This document shows, piece after piece, positions 11,093 to 21,804 of a DNA stretch of 64,000 bases. The DNA is from Escherichia coli. GTDB taxonomy: Bacteria; Pseudomonadota; Gammaproteobacteria; Enterobacterales; Enterobacteriaceae. Under the pieces are notes generated by a model. The model had not been told where the DNA came from, ran no database searches, and saw nothing but the letters and a program-made list of their open reading frames with translations. How positions within the stretch are numbered: position 1 is the stretch's first letter; every line of letters starts with the position of its first letter. Both the position numbers and the translations under genes were made by a program. The stretch lies in assembly GCF_003334335.1 (NCBI RefSeq), contig NZ_QOWQ01000003.1. One strand, 5' to 3'.

Positions 11093-11261
11093 TGCGTGTT
11101 GCCTGAGTTGTTGTACCACATTTTTTTCTAACACGCCCATCAGAATTAAGGGCAGAATCGGCCTGTTAAAAACCGCTGAAATTGCTCATCATTATGCAGG
11201 TGAGTTTCGCGTGTTCACGTCGCGTCGACGATTTGACGCACAAAAAAGGTGAAAAGTAGTT

Positions 11262-12374
11262 ATGGTAAATGTTCGTCAGCCCAGGGATGTCGCACAAATT
11301 CTGCTTTCGGTGCTGTTTTTAGCCATCATGATTGTGGCATGTCTGTGGATTGTTCAACCCTTTATTCTCGGCTTTGCATGGGCCGGTACGGTGGTTATCG
11401 CCACCTGGCCGGTATTGTTACGTTTGCAAAAGATCATGTTTGGCCGCCGCTCTCTCGCCGTTCTGGTGATGACGCTGTTATTAGTGATGGTGTTTATCAT
11501 CCCTATTGCTTTGCTGGTTAACAGTATCGTCGACGGCAGCGGCCCGCTAATTAAAGCCATTTCCAGCGGTGACATGACGTTACCCGATCTGGCGTGGCTT
11601 AATACCATTCCGGTGATTGGCGCGAAGCTGTATGCAGGCTGGCACAACTTGCTGGATATGGGGGGGACGGCGATCATGGCGAAAGTCCGCCCTTATATTG
11701 GCACCACCACCACCTGGTTCGTTGGGCAGGCGGCGCATATCGGGCGCTTTATGGTGCATTGTGCGCTGATGCTTCTCTTCAGTGCCCTGCTGTACTGGCG
11801 CGGTGAACAGGTGGCACAAGGCATTCGCCATTTTGCAACCCGTCTGGCAGGCGTTCGCGGAGATGCCGCCGTGCTGCTGGCGGCACAGGCTATCCGCGCG
11901 GTGGCGCTGGGTGTGGTGGTGACGGCGTTAGTACAGGCAGTGCTTGGCGGTATCGGCCTCGCCGTATCCGGCGTACCTTATGCAACGTTGCTAACGGTGT
12001 TAATGATCCTCTCCTGCCTTGTCCAGCTTGGCCCGTTGCCGGTACTGATTCCGGCGATTATCTGGCTCTACTGGACTGGCGATACCACCTGGGGAACGGT
12101 ATTGTTAGTGTGGAGCGGTGTGGTTGGCACGCTGGATAACGTCATCCGCCCAATGTTAATTCGCATGGGTGCCGATTTACCGCTGATCCTGATTCTCTCT
12201 GGCGTTATTGGTGGTTTGATTGCTTTCGGGATGATCGGTCTGTTTATTGGTCCGGTTCTGTTAGCCGTTTCCTGGCGTCTGTTTGCCGCGTGGGTGGAAG
12301 AAGTCCCGCCGCCGACGGACCAACCGGAAGAAATTCTCGAAGAACTTGGCGAAATCGAGAAACCGAATAAGTAA
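11262..12374 (+). CDS. ydiK: AI-2E / PerM family inner-membrane transporter YdiK
   Basis: 370-aa strongly hydrophobic ORF with acidic C-terminal tail; matches YdiK. Confidence 0.9.
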   Translation: MVNVRQPRDVAQILLSVLFLAIMIVACLWIVQPFILGFAWAGTVVIATWPVLLRLQKIMFGRRSLAVLVMTLLLVMVFIIPIALLVNSIVDGSGPLIKAISSGDMTLPDLAWLNTIPVIGAKLYAGWHNLLDMGGTAIMAKVRPYIGTTTTWFVGQAAHIGRFMVHCALMLLFSALLYWRGEQVAQGIRHFATRLAGVRGDAAVLLAAQAIRAVALGVVVTALVQAVLGGIGLAVSGVPYATLLTVLMILSCLVQLGPLPVLIPAIIWLYWTGDTTWGTVLLVWSGVVGTLDNVIRPMLIRMGADLPLILILSGVIGGLIAFGMIGLFIGPVLLAVSWRLFAAWVEEVPPPTDQPEEILEELGEIEKPNK

Positions 12375-12559
12375 TTTCTCATCAGGCGGCTCTGCCGCCT
12401 GATTGTTAACCACCGCTAATTGATATTTGCTTGCTCTTCCCCATATTTTCCTGCTTACCGCCATTCAGCTGGTAGTACCTGTCGCAAATTCTTTACAGTT
12501 TTTAAACTAATGAGACGAATCTGATCGACGCAAAAAGTCCGTATGCCTACTATTAGCTC

Positions 12560-12666
12560 ACGGTTATAAATCAACATATTGATTTATAAGCATGGAAATC
12601 CCCTGAGTGAAACAACGAATTGCTGTGTGTAGTCTTTGCCCATCTCCCACGATGGGCTTTTTTTTA
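12560..12666 (+). ncRNA. rprA: RprA small regulatory RNA (activator of rpoS translation)
   Basis: Sequence ACGGTTATAAATCAACATATTGATTTATAAGCATGGAAATCCCCTGAGTGAAACAACGAATTGCTGTGTGTAGTCTTTGCCCATCTCCCACGATGGGCTTTTTTT matches RprA as I recall it, ending in a hairpin plus T-run terminator; sits between ydiK and ydiL as in K-12. Confidence 0.85.
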
Positions 12667-12802
12667 ACATTTTTCCGCTTCGCTACCTCGCCCCTCACTC
12701 TTTCCAATAATGTTGCACAAGATACTGTGACTCTCTTCAAGCCGTCAGCAGGCTGATAATGTTATTTATATTTTATTGTTTATTTCATGCAGCCATTACA
12801 CG

Positions 12803-13159
12803 ATGAACGCTTATGAACTCCAGGCACTCCGCCATATTTTTGCCATGACTATTGATGAATGCGCGACCTGGATTGCCCAGACCGGTGACAGTGAAAGCTG
12901 GCGTCAGTGGGAAAATGGCAAGTGTGCCATTCCTGATCGTGTAGTCGAGCAACTGTTGGCTATGCGTCAGCAAAGAAAAAAACATCTTCATGCCATCATA
13001 GAGAAAATAAATAACCGCATCGGCAACAACACCATGCGTTTTTTCCCCGACTTAACCGCATTTCAACGAGTCTACCCTGATGGCAATTTTATTGACTGGA
13101 AGATCTATCAATCGGTAGCTGCTGAATTATATGCACACGATCTGGAGCGGCTTTGTTAA
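12803..13159 (+). CDS. ydiL: Small protein YdiL (DUF1870-like, unknown function)
   Basis: ORF track gives 127 aa; start set at internal MNAYELQALRH to give 118 aa. Confidence 0.8.
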   Translation: MNAYELQALRHIFAMTIDECATWIAQTGDSESWRQWENGKCAIPDRVVEQLLAMRQQRKKHLHAIIEKINNRIGNNTMRFFPDLTAFQRVYPDGNFIDWKIYQSVAAELYAHDLERLC

Positions 13160-13258
13160 TTTTTCCACAGAAAGGAATTGTCGTTGTTACAACAATAATG
13201 AACGGATGCTGACACAACATCGCTTCACTTTTTAAAGCACCTTTGCTAAGTAGAACCT

Positions 13259-14473
13259 ATGAAAAATCCCTATTTCCCTACCGCACTTGGGTTGTATTTT
13301 AATTACCTGGTGCATGGTATGGGCGTCCTTTTGATGAGCCTGAATATGGCCTCGCTGGAGACACTTTGGCAGACTAATGCCGCGGGTGTCTCGATAGTTA
13401 TCTCATCGCTGGGCATTGGTCGATTAAGTGTCTTGCTTTTTGCAGGATTATTATCCGATCGCTTTGGTCGCCGCCCTTTTATCATGCTCGGGATGTGCTG
13501 CTATATGGCCTTCTTTTTTGGCATCCTGCAGACCAATAACATCATTATCGCTTATGTTTTTGGCTTTCTGGCGGGAATGGCAAACAGTTTTCTCGATGCA
13601 GGCACTTATCCCAGTTTGATGGAAGCTTTTCCACGCTCACCTGGGACAGCCAATATTTTAATTAAAGCATTTGTTTCCAGCGGACAATTTTTATTACCGC
13701 TAATCATTAGCCTGTTAGTGTGGGCTGAACTGTGGTTCGGTTGGTCCTTTATGATTGCTGCAGGCATTATGTTTATTAACGCTCTGTTTTTATACCGTTG
13801 TACGTTCCCACCCCATCCGGGTCGTCGCTTACCTGTCATAAAGAAAACCACCAGCTCTACGGAACATCGCTGTTCAATTATCGATTTAGCCAGTTATACC
13901 TTATATGGCTATATCTCAATGGCAACGTTTTATCTGGTTAGCCAGTGGCTGGCACAGTACGGACAATTTGTTGCAGGCATGTCATACACTATGTCGATCA
14001 AACTACTCAGTATCTACACCGTGGGTTCGCTGCTTTGTGTATTTATTACCGCTCCACTCATTCGTAATACCGTTCGCCCAACAACATTACTGATGCTGTA
14101 CACCTTTATCTCATTTATTGCTCTGTTTACCGTCTGCCTGCATCCCACATTTTATGTGGTGATAATATTTGCTTTTGTCATTGGTTTTACCTCTGCTGGA
14201 GGTGTTGTGCAAATTGGCCTGACGTTAATGGCTGAACGTTTCCCTTACGCTAAAGGTAAAGCTACAGGGATCTATTACAGTGCGGGCAGTATTGCGACCT
14301 TTACTATTCCGTTGATTACGGCTCATCTGTCCCAAAGAAGTATTGCCGATATTATGTGGTTCGATACCGCCATCGCTGCCATCGGTTTTTTACTGGCACT
14401 GTTTATCGGCTTACGCAGCCGCAAAAAAACGCGGCATCACTCGCTAAAGGAAAATGTCGCTCCGGGTGGGTAA
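13259..14473 (+). CDS. ydiM: MFS transporter YdiM
   Basis: 404-aa polytopic membrane ORF with MFS signature (SDRFGRR); paralogous to the adjacent ydiN. Confidence 0.9.
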   Translation: MKNPYFPTALGLYFNYLVHGMGVLLMSLNMASLETLWQTNAAGVSIVISSLGIGRLSVLLFAGLLSDRFGRRPFIMLGMCCYMAFFFGILQTNNIIIAYVFGFLAGMANSFLDAGTYPSLMEAFPRSPGTANILIKAFVSSGQFLLPLIISLLVWAELWFGWSFMIAAGIMFINALFLYRCTFPPHPGRRLPVIKKTTSSTEHRCSIIDLASYTLYGYISMATFYLVSQWLAQYGQFVAGMSYTMSIKLLSIYTVGSLLCVFITAPLIRNTVRPTTLLMLYTFISFIALFTVCLHPTFYVVIIFAFVIGFTSAGGVVQIGLTLMAERFPYAKGKATGIYYSAGSIATFTIPLITAHLSQRSIADIMWFDTAIAAIGFLLALFIGLRSRKKTRHHSLKENVAPGG

Positions 14474-14699
14474 TGCAATATTCTTTTCAGGTCATGCAAG
14501 ATCTTACGGATAAATAACTCTTTCTGCGCTAACTAAGGAAAATCGCGATCAAAAACAAACTATGACATGCAATATTCCTGGAAACATAAACTTTATGCCA
14601 TGTACCCAGGGAAAATCATCTTCAGTATAGTAATTATGTAAACCGTCGGAGAACAATACGTACGGTAACGAAATTATCTTTCAGCAAGGAGCTGTGAAA

Positions 14700-15965
14700 A
14701 TGTCTCAAAATAAGGCTTTCAGCACGCCATTTATCCTGGCTGTTCTTTGTATTTACTTCAGCTACTTCCTGCACGGCATTAGTGTTATTACGCTTGCCCA
14801 AAATATGTCATCTCTGGCGGAAAAGTTTTCCACTGACAACGCGGGCATTGCCTACTTAATTTCCGGTATCGGTTTGGGGCGATTGATCAGTATTTTATTC
14901 TTCGGTGTGATCTCCGATAAGTTTGGTCGTCGGGCGGTGATATTAATGGCAGTAATAATGTATCTGCTATTCTTCTTTGGTATTCCCGCTTGCCCGAATT
15001 TAACTCTCGCCTACGGTCTGGCAGTGTGCGTAGGTATCGCTAACTCAGCGCTGGATACGGGTGGCTACCCCGCGCTCATGGAATGCTTTCCGAAAGCCTC
15101 TGGTTCGGCGGTCATACTGGTTAAAGCGATGGTGTCATTTGGGCAAATGTTCTACCCAATGCTGGTGAGCTATATGTTGCTCAATAATATCTGGTACGGC
15201 TATGGGCTGATTATTCCGGGTATTCTATTTGTACTGATCACGCTGATGCTGTTGAAAAGCAAATTCCCCAGCCAGTTGGTGGACGCCAGCGTAACTAATG
15301 AATTACCGCAAATGAACAGCAAACCGTTAGTCTGGCTGGAAGGTGTTTCATCGGTACTGTTCGGTGTAGCCGCATTCTCGACCTTTTATGTGATTGTGGT
15401 GTGGATGCCCAAATATGCGATGGCTTTTGCTGGTATGTCAGAAGCTGAGGCATTAAAAACCATCTCTTATTACAGTATGGGCTCGTTGGTCTGTGTCTTT
15501 ATTTTTGCCGCACTACTGAAAAAAATGGTCCGGCCCATCTGGGCTAATGTATTTAACTCTGCACTGGCAACAATAACAGCAGCCATTATCTACCTGTACC
15601 CTTCTCCACTGGTGTGCAATGCCGGAGCCTTTGTTATCGGTTTCTCAGCAGCTGGCGGCATTTTACAGCTCGGCGTTTCGGTCATGTCAGAGTTTTTTCC
15701 CAAAAGCAAAGCCAAAGTCACCAGTATTTATATGATGATGGGTGGACTGGCTAACTTTGTTATTCCACTGATTACCGGTTATCTGTCGAACATCGGCCTG
15801 CAATATATCATTGTTCTCGATTTTACTTTCGCGCTGCTGGCCCTGATTACCGCAATTATTGTTTTTATCCGCTATTACCGCGTTTTCATTATTCCTGAAA
15901 ATGATGTGCGGTTTGGCGAGCGTAAATTTTGCACCCGGTTAAACACAATTAAGCATAGAGGTTAA
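14700..15965 (+). CDS. ydiN: MFS transporter YdiN
   Basis: ORF track starts at GTG 14694; the ATG at 14700 (MSQNKAF) with AAGGA ribosome-binding site gives 421 aa; SDKFGRR MFS motif. Confidence 0.9.
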
Positions 15966-15976
15966 AGGAGTTAATT

Positions 15977-16843
15977 ATGGATGTTACCGCAAAATACGAA
16001 TTGATTGGGTTGATGGCCTATCCTATCCGCCACAGTTTATCGCCCGAAATGCAGAATAAAGCCTTAGAAAAAGCGGGATTGCCATTTACCTATATGGCCT
16101 TCGAAGTGGATAACGATAGCTTTCCTGGAGCAATTGAAGGATTAAAAGCCCTCAAAATGCGCGGAACTGGTGTATCGATGCCGAACAAACAACTGGCGTG
16201 TGAATATGTTGATGAATTAACACCAGCTGCCAAACTGGTGGGGGCCATCAACACCATCGTTAATGATGATGGCTATCTGCGTGGCTATAACACCGACGGC
16301 ACGGGCCATATTCGCGCCATTAAAGAGAGCGGTTTTGATATCAAAGGCAAAACGATGGTGCTGTTAGGGGCCGGTGGTGCCTCAACGGCAATTGGCGCGC
16401 AGGGGGCAATTGAAGGTTTAAAAGAAATTAAACTCTTTAACCGTCGGGATGAGTTCTTCGATAAAGCCCTCGCCTTCGCGCAGCGGGTTAATGAAAACAC
16501 CGATTGTGTCGTCACGGTCACCGATCTCGCCGATCAGCAAGCCTTTGCTGAAGCCCTGGCTTCCGCCGACATTTTAACCAATGGCACAAAAGTGGGTATG
16601 AAACCCCTTGAGAATGAATCATTGGTTAATGATATCAGTCTGTTACATCCGGGACTTCTGGTCACTGAATGCGTGTATAACCCGCATATGACGAAGTTAT
16701 TGCAGCAGGCGCAACAAGCTGGTTGCAAAACGATTGATGGATACGGCATGTTGTTGTGGCAAGGGGCTGAACAGTTCACATTATGGACTGGCAAAGATTT
16801 CCCTCTGGAATATGTTAAACAGGTCATGGGGTTCGGTGCCTGA
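15977..16843 (+). CDS. ydiB: Quinate/shikimate 5-dehydrogenase (NAD(P)-dependent)
   Basis: 288-aa ORF with Rossmann GAGGA motif; shikimate dehydrogenase family; immediately upstream of aroD. Confidence 0.93.
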
Positions 16844-16873
16844 CAGGCTGACCGCGTGCAGAAAGGGTAAAAA

Positions 16874-17632
16874 ATGAAAACCGTAACTGTAAAAGATCTC
16901 GTCATTGGTACGGGCGCACCTAAAATCATCGTCTCGCTGATGGCGAAAGATATCGCCAGCGTGAAATCCGAAGCTCTCGCCTATCGTGAAGCGGACTTTG
17001 ATATTCTGGAATGGCGTGTGGACCACTATGCCGACCTCTCCAATGTGGAGTCTGTCATGGCGGCAGCAAAAATTCTCCGTGAGACCATGCCAGAAAAACC
17101 GCTGCTGTTTACCTTCCGCAGTGCCAAAGAAGGCGGCGAGCAGGCGATTTCCACCGAGGCTTATATTGCACTCAATCGTGCAGCCATCGACAGCGGCCTG
17201 GTTGATATGATCGATCTGGAGTTATTTACCGGTGATGATCAGGTTAAAGAAACCGTCGCCTACGCCCACGCGCATGATGTGAAAGTAGTCATGTCCAACC
17301 ATGACTTCCATAAAACGCCGGAAGCCGAAGAAATCATTGCCCGTCTGCGCAAAATGCAATCCTTCGACGCCGATATTCCTAAGATTGCGCTGATGCCGCA
17401 AAGTACCAGCGATGTGCTGACGTTGCTTGCCGCGACCCTGGAGATGCAGGAGCAGTATGCCGATCGTCCAATTATCACGATGTCGATGGCAAAAACTGGC
17501 GTAATTTCTCGTCTGGCTGGTGAAGTATTTGGCTCGGCGGCAACTTTTGGTGCGGTAAAAAAAGCGTCTGCGCCAGGGCAAATCTCGGTAAATGATTTGC
17601 GCACGGTATTAACTATTTTACACCAGGCATAA
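16874..17632 (+). CDS. aroD: 3-dehydroquinate dehydratase, type I
   Basis: 252-aa ORF matching type I DHQase. Confidence 0.95.
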   Translation: MKTVTVKDLVIGTGAPKIIVSLMAKDIASVKSEALAYREADFDILEWRVDHYADLSNVESVMAAAKILRETMPEKPLLFTFRSAKEGGEQAISTEAYIALNRAAIDSGLVDMIDLELFTGDDQVKETVAYAHAHDVKVVMSNHDFHKTPEAEEIIARLRKMQSFDADIPKIALMPQSTSDVLTLLAATLEMQEQYADRPIITMSMAKTGVISRLAGEVFGSAATFGAVKKASAPGQISVNDLRTVLTILHQA

Positions 17633-17774
17633 GCAATAATATTTCGGCGGGAACACCCTCCCCGCCGAACTAAAAAATATATTCAATCGTATTTAATAAA
17701 AATATTTCGTGAGTCTCTGTGCGCTAATTCTCCATTTGGCGTAGGGAAAATCACATCTGAATCAGGAATTAACA

Positions 17775-19370
17775 ATGAAACCTGTAAAACCACCTCGTAT
17801 TAATGGACGAGTGCCGGTCCTGTCGGCACAGGAAGCGGTGAATTATATTCCCGACGAAGCAACACTTTGTGTGTTAGGCGCTGGCGGCGGTATTCTGGAA
17901 GCCACCACGTTAATTACTGCTCTTGCTGATAAATATAAACAGACTCAAACACCACGTAATTTATCGATTATTAGTCCAACAGGGCTTGGCGATCGCGCCG
18001 ACCGTGGTATTAGTCCTCTGGCGCAAGAAGGTCTGGTGAAATGGGCATTATGTGGTCACTGGGGACAATCGCCGCGTATTTCTGAACTCGCAGAACAAAA
18101 TAAAATTATTGCTTATAACTACCCACAAGGTGTACTTACACAAACCTTACGCGCCGCCGCAGCCCACCAGCCTGGTATTATTAGTGATATTGGCATCGGG
18201 ACATTTGTCGATCCACGCCAGCAAGGCGGCAAACTGAATGAAGTCACTAAAGAAGACCTGATTAAACTGGTCGAGTTTGATAACAAAGAATATCTCTATT
18301 ACAAAGCGATTGCGCCAGATATTGCCTTCATTCGCGCTACCACCTGCGACAGTGAAGGCTACGCCACTTTTGAAGATGAGGTGATGTATCTCGACGCATT
18401 GGTTATTGCCCAGGCGGTGCACAATAACGGCGGTATTGTGATGATGCAGGTGCAGAAAATGGTTAAGAAAGCCACGCTGCATCCTAAATCTGTCCGTATT
18501 CCGGGTTATCTGGTGGATATTGTGGTGGTCGATCCGGATCAAACCCAACTGTATGGCGGTGCACCGGTTAACCGCTTTATTTCTGGTGACTTCACCCTTG
18601 ATGACAGTACCAAACTTAGCCTGCCCCTAAACCAACGTAAATTAGTTGCGCGGCGCGCATTATTCGAAATGCGTAAAGGCGCGGTGGGGAATGTCGGCGT
18701 CGGTATTGCTGACGGCATTGGCCTGGTCGCCCGAGAAGAAGGTTGTGCTGATGACTTTATTCTGACGGTAGAAACAGGTCCGATTGGCGGAATTACTTCA
18801 CAGGGGATCGCCTTTGGCGCGAACGTGAATACCCGTGCCATTCTGGATATGACGTCCCAGTTTGATTTTTATCACGGTGGCGGTCTGGATGTTTGTTATT
18901 TGAGTTTTGCTGAAGTCGACCAGCACGGTAACGTCGGCGTGCATAAATTCAATGGTAAAATCATGGGCACCGGTGGATTTATTGATATCAGTGCCACTTC
19001 GAAGAAAATCATTTTCTGCGGCACATTAACTGCGGGCAGTTTAAAAACAGAAATTACCGACGGCAAATTAAATATCGTCCAGGAAGGACGGGTGAAGAAA
19101 TTTATTCGGGAACTACCGGAAATTACTTTCAGCGGAAAAATCGCTCTCGAGCGAGGGCTGGATGTTCGTTATATCACTGAGCGCGCAGTATTCACGCTGA
19201 AAGAAGACGGCCTGCATTTAATCGAAATCGCCCCTGGCGTCGATTTACAAAAAGATATTCTCGACAAAATGGATTTCACCCCAGTGATTTCGCCAGAACT
19301 CAAACTGATGGACGAAAGATTATTTATCGATGCGGCGATGGGTTTTGTCCTGCCTGAAGCGGCTCATTAA
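17775..19370 (+). CDS. ydiF: Acyl-CoA:acetate CoA-transferase (fused alpha/beta)
   Basis: 531-aa ORF; family I CoA-transferase fusion. Confidence 0.9.
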   Translation: MKPVKPPRINGRVPVLSAQEAVNYIPDEATLCVLGAGGGILEATTLITALADKYKQTQTPRNLSIISPTGLGDRADRGISPLAQEGLVKWALCGHWGQSPRISELAEQNKIIAYNYPQGVLTQTLRAAAAHQPGIISDIGIGTFVDPRQQGGKLNEVTKEDLIKLVEFDNKEYLYYKAIAPDIAFIRATTCDSEGYATFEDEVMYLDALVIAQAVHNNGGIVMMQVQKMVKKATLHPKSVRIPGYLVDIVVVDPDQTQLYGGAPVNRFISGDFTLDDSTKLSLPLNQRKLVARRALFEMRKGAVGNVGVGIADGIGLVAREEGCADDFILTVETGPIGGITSQGIAFGANVNTRAILDMTSQFDFYHGGGLDVCYLSFAEVDQHGNVGVHKFNGKIMGTGGFIDISATSKKIIFCGTLTAGSLKTEITDGKLNIVQEGRVKKFIRELPEITFSGKIALERGLDVRYITERAVFTLKEDGLHLIEIAPGVDLQKDILDKMDFTPVISPELKLMDERLFIDAAMGFVLPEAAH

Positions 19371-19383
19371 CAGGAGTATAATG

Positions 19384-20535
19384 ATGGATTTTTCTTTAAA
19401 TGAAGAACAAGAACTGCTGCTGGCCAGTATTCGCGAACTGATTACGACTAACTTTCCGGAAGAGTATTTCCGCACCTGCGATCAAAACGGGACATATCCG
19501 CGTGAGTTTATGCGGGCGCTGGCGGATAACGGTATTTCCATGCTTGGCGTGCCGGAAGAATTTGGTGGTATCCCTGCGGATTACGTCACCCAAATGCTGG
19601 CGCTGATGGAAGTGTCAAAATGCGGTGCTCCGGCATTTTTAATTACCAACGGTCAATGTATTCACAGTATGCGCCGTTTCGGTTCTGCAGAGCAGCTACG
19701 TAAAACGGCAGAGAGCACCCTGGAAACGGGTGATCCCGCCTATGCCCTGGCGTTGACGGAACCAGGTGCTGGCTCAGATAACAACAGTGCCACTACCACT
19801 TACACGCGTAAAAACGGCAAGGTCTACATCAACGGACAAAAAACCTTTATTACCGGTGCGAAAGAGTACCCGTATATGCTGGTGCTGGCGCGCGATCCGC
19901 AACCGAAAGATCCCAAAAAAGCCTTCACCCTGTGGTGGGTCGACTCCAGTAAGCCCGGCATTAAGATTAACCCGCTGCATAAAATCGGCTGGCATATGCT
20001 CAGCACCTGCGAAGTCTATCTCGACAACGTGGAGGTTGAAGAGAGCGACATGGTGGGCGAAGAAGGAATGGGTTTCCTCAATGTGATGTACAACTTTGAG
20101 ATGGAGCGCCTGATCAACGCCGCGCGCAGCACCGGCTTTGCCGAATGCGCCTTTGAAGATGCCGCCCGCTATGCCAACCAACGTATCGCTTTTGGTAAGC
20201 CCATTGGTCATAACCAGATGATCCAGGAAAAACTGGCGCTGATGGCGATTAAGATCGACAACATGCGCAACATGGTGCTGAAAGTGGCATGGCAAGCCGA
20301 TCAGCATCAGTCACTGCGCACCAGCGCGGCGCTGGCAAAACTGTACTGTGCACGTACCGCAATGGAAGTCATTGATGATGCGATTCAAATCGTGGGCGGT
20401 CTGGGCTATACCGATGAGGCGCGCGTCTCCCGCTTCTGGCGTGATGTCCGTTGTGAACGTATCGGCGGCGGTACAGACGAAATTATGATTTACGTAGCAG
20501 GTCGGCAGATCCTGAAAGACTATCAGAACAAATAA
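19384..20535 (+). CDS. ydiO: Acyl-CoA dehydrogenase family protein (CaiA-like)
   Basis: ORF track opens at 19330; AGGAG ribosome-binding site precedes the ATG pair at 19381/19384 (MDFSLNEEQ), giving 383 aa; acyl-CoA dehydrogenase fold. Confidence 0.9.
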   Translation: MDFSLNEEQELLLASIRELITTNFPEEYFRTCDQNGTYPREFMRALADNGISMLGVPEEFGGIPADYVTQMLALMEVSKCGAPAFLITNGQCIHSMRRFGSAEQLRKTAESTLETGDPAYALALTEPGAGSDNNSATTTYTRKNGKVYINGQKTFITGAKEYPYMLVLARDPQPKDPKKAFTLWWVDSSKPGIKINPLHKIGWHMLSTCEVYLDNVEVEESDMVGEEGMGFLNVMYNFEMERLINAARSTGFAECAFEDAARYANQRIAFGKPIGHNQMIQEKLALMAIKIDNMRNMVLKVAWQADQHQSLRTSAALAKLYCARTAMEVIDDAIQIVGGLGYTDEARVSRFWRDVRCERIGGGTDEIMIYVAGRQILKDYQNK

Positions 20536-20577
20536 TCTGCAGGCGGCGCAGCTTCTTAACAAACTGCGCCGCCAGAT

Positions 20578-21489
20578 TTATCCAACAAGACTTACCGGTT
20601 GAGGAAATTCAGATAGGATTTCTTGTTCCGCAAAACAGTTTTTAAATTGTCTACGGTAATCGCTGGGCGAACAACCGACATGGCGCAAAAACAGTTTGGC
20701 AAAGTGATCGACATTTTCATAACCCACACGCCAGGAGATCTCTGCCTGTGATAATTCAGTATTAGTGAGTGACCATTTTGCTTCCGTCATACGCCGTTGA
20801 ATAACATAGTTAATAGGGGAAATACGATACTCTTTGGTAAATTCATGGCAAATATAACTGACGCTGGCACGAAATTTTTTCGATAACTGTTCTAAAGTGA
20901 TTTTTTCGCGATAATTATTATTCAGATAGAAAAGAATATCTTTTATCAGAACATCTTTTTTAATATACCCCTGCTCCGAACGATAAGCATTTTTAAAATT
21001 TTCGTAGTAAAGAATGGCTAACGTATAGGCAAATGCATCCCATAACGAAGATGTTTGGCTATTTTTACTTTGCGGCAAAATCACACTTAGCTCATTAAAT
21101 AAGGTTTTTATGACTTCTTTTCCCTGCCCCGCGGCAATTACCGGACAAGAATGCGGTTGCAGTAGCTGATTTTCCTCAGCCCCCTGAAACTGAAAGCCGT
21201 ACAGCGCACAGGTACACGTCGTTGCCGGATCGTTAACGTCAGAGGCCACCGCATGCAGCCTGCCGCGTTCTATCACCACAATGTCATCCGCATGTGCGAC
21301 ATATAACGAAGAATCGATGGTAAACCTTGCAACCCCTTTCTTGACGTAAATCAACTCGGTTTCATTGTCATGAACGTGATGTCCGGACTCCCATTTTGGA
21401 TCATCGCTAAATGCAAAACGTGAAAGCCGTGGCGTTTTACCGGCGACAAACAGCGTTTCACTGGCGTTATCAAAACAGCGTTGATACAT
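20578..21489 (-). CDS. ydiP: AraC/XylS-family transcriptional regulator YdiP
   Basis: 303-aa ORF with cupin-like N-terminus and C-terminal AraC helix-turn-helix; divergent from ydiQ. Confidence 0.85.
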   Translation of the reverse strand: MYQRCFDNASETLFVAGKTPRLSRFAFSDDPKWESGHHVHDNETELIYVKKGVARFTIDSSLYVAHADDIVVIERGRLHAVASDVNDPATTCTCALYGFQFQGAEENQLLQPHSCPVIAAGQGKEVIKTLFNELSVILPQSKNSQTSSLWDAFAYTLAILYYENFKNAYRSEQGYIKKDVLIKDILFYLNNNYREKITLEQLSKKFRASVSYICHEFTKEYRISPINYVIQRRMTEAKWSLTNTELSQAEISWRVGYENVDHFAKLFLRHVGCSPSDYRRQFKNCFAEQEILSEFPQPVSLVG

Positions 21490-21804
21490 GACAACCTCCC
21501 TATTCCATGAGCAAGCAAAAACAATATATGCCGGATAAAATACGGCGTGTATTGCGGTTATACAACCGCGTTTAGCGAGAGCTAAACAAGATTATTTACA
21601 CTGAATGCAAGATTGTACGGTCATGGAATAACTATATTGCCGCAAATTGCACTTTTGTTTTAGCGATCGCATTTTTTTTGCAAGATTGTTGGCAAGGAAA
21701 ACAGCTTGCTCCGTCGAAAACCCCGCACCGCTATCGCACACTATTTTCAGGCCATTTTTACCTTCCATCGGAGATGGTTCCGTATGCGACTCACAGGAGA
21801 AATC

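Noticed and set aside
12375-12410. Hairpin ATCAGGCGGC-TCTG-CCGCCTGAT after ydiK considered as a REP element
   Set aside because: Does not match the REP consensus (GCCGGATGCGGCGT-type); more likely a ydiK transcript 3' stem, and no T-run follows.
16534-16929. 131-aa minus-strand ORF spanning the ydiB/aroD junction
   Set aside because: Antisense to two well-supported biosynthetic genes; Cys/Pro-rich low-complexity translation.
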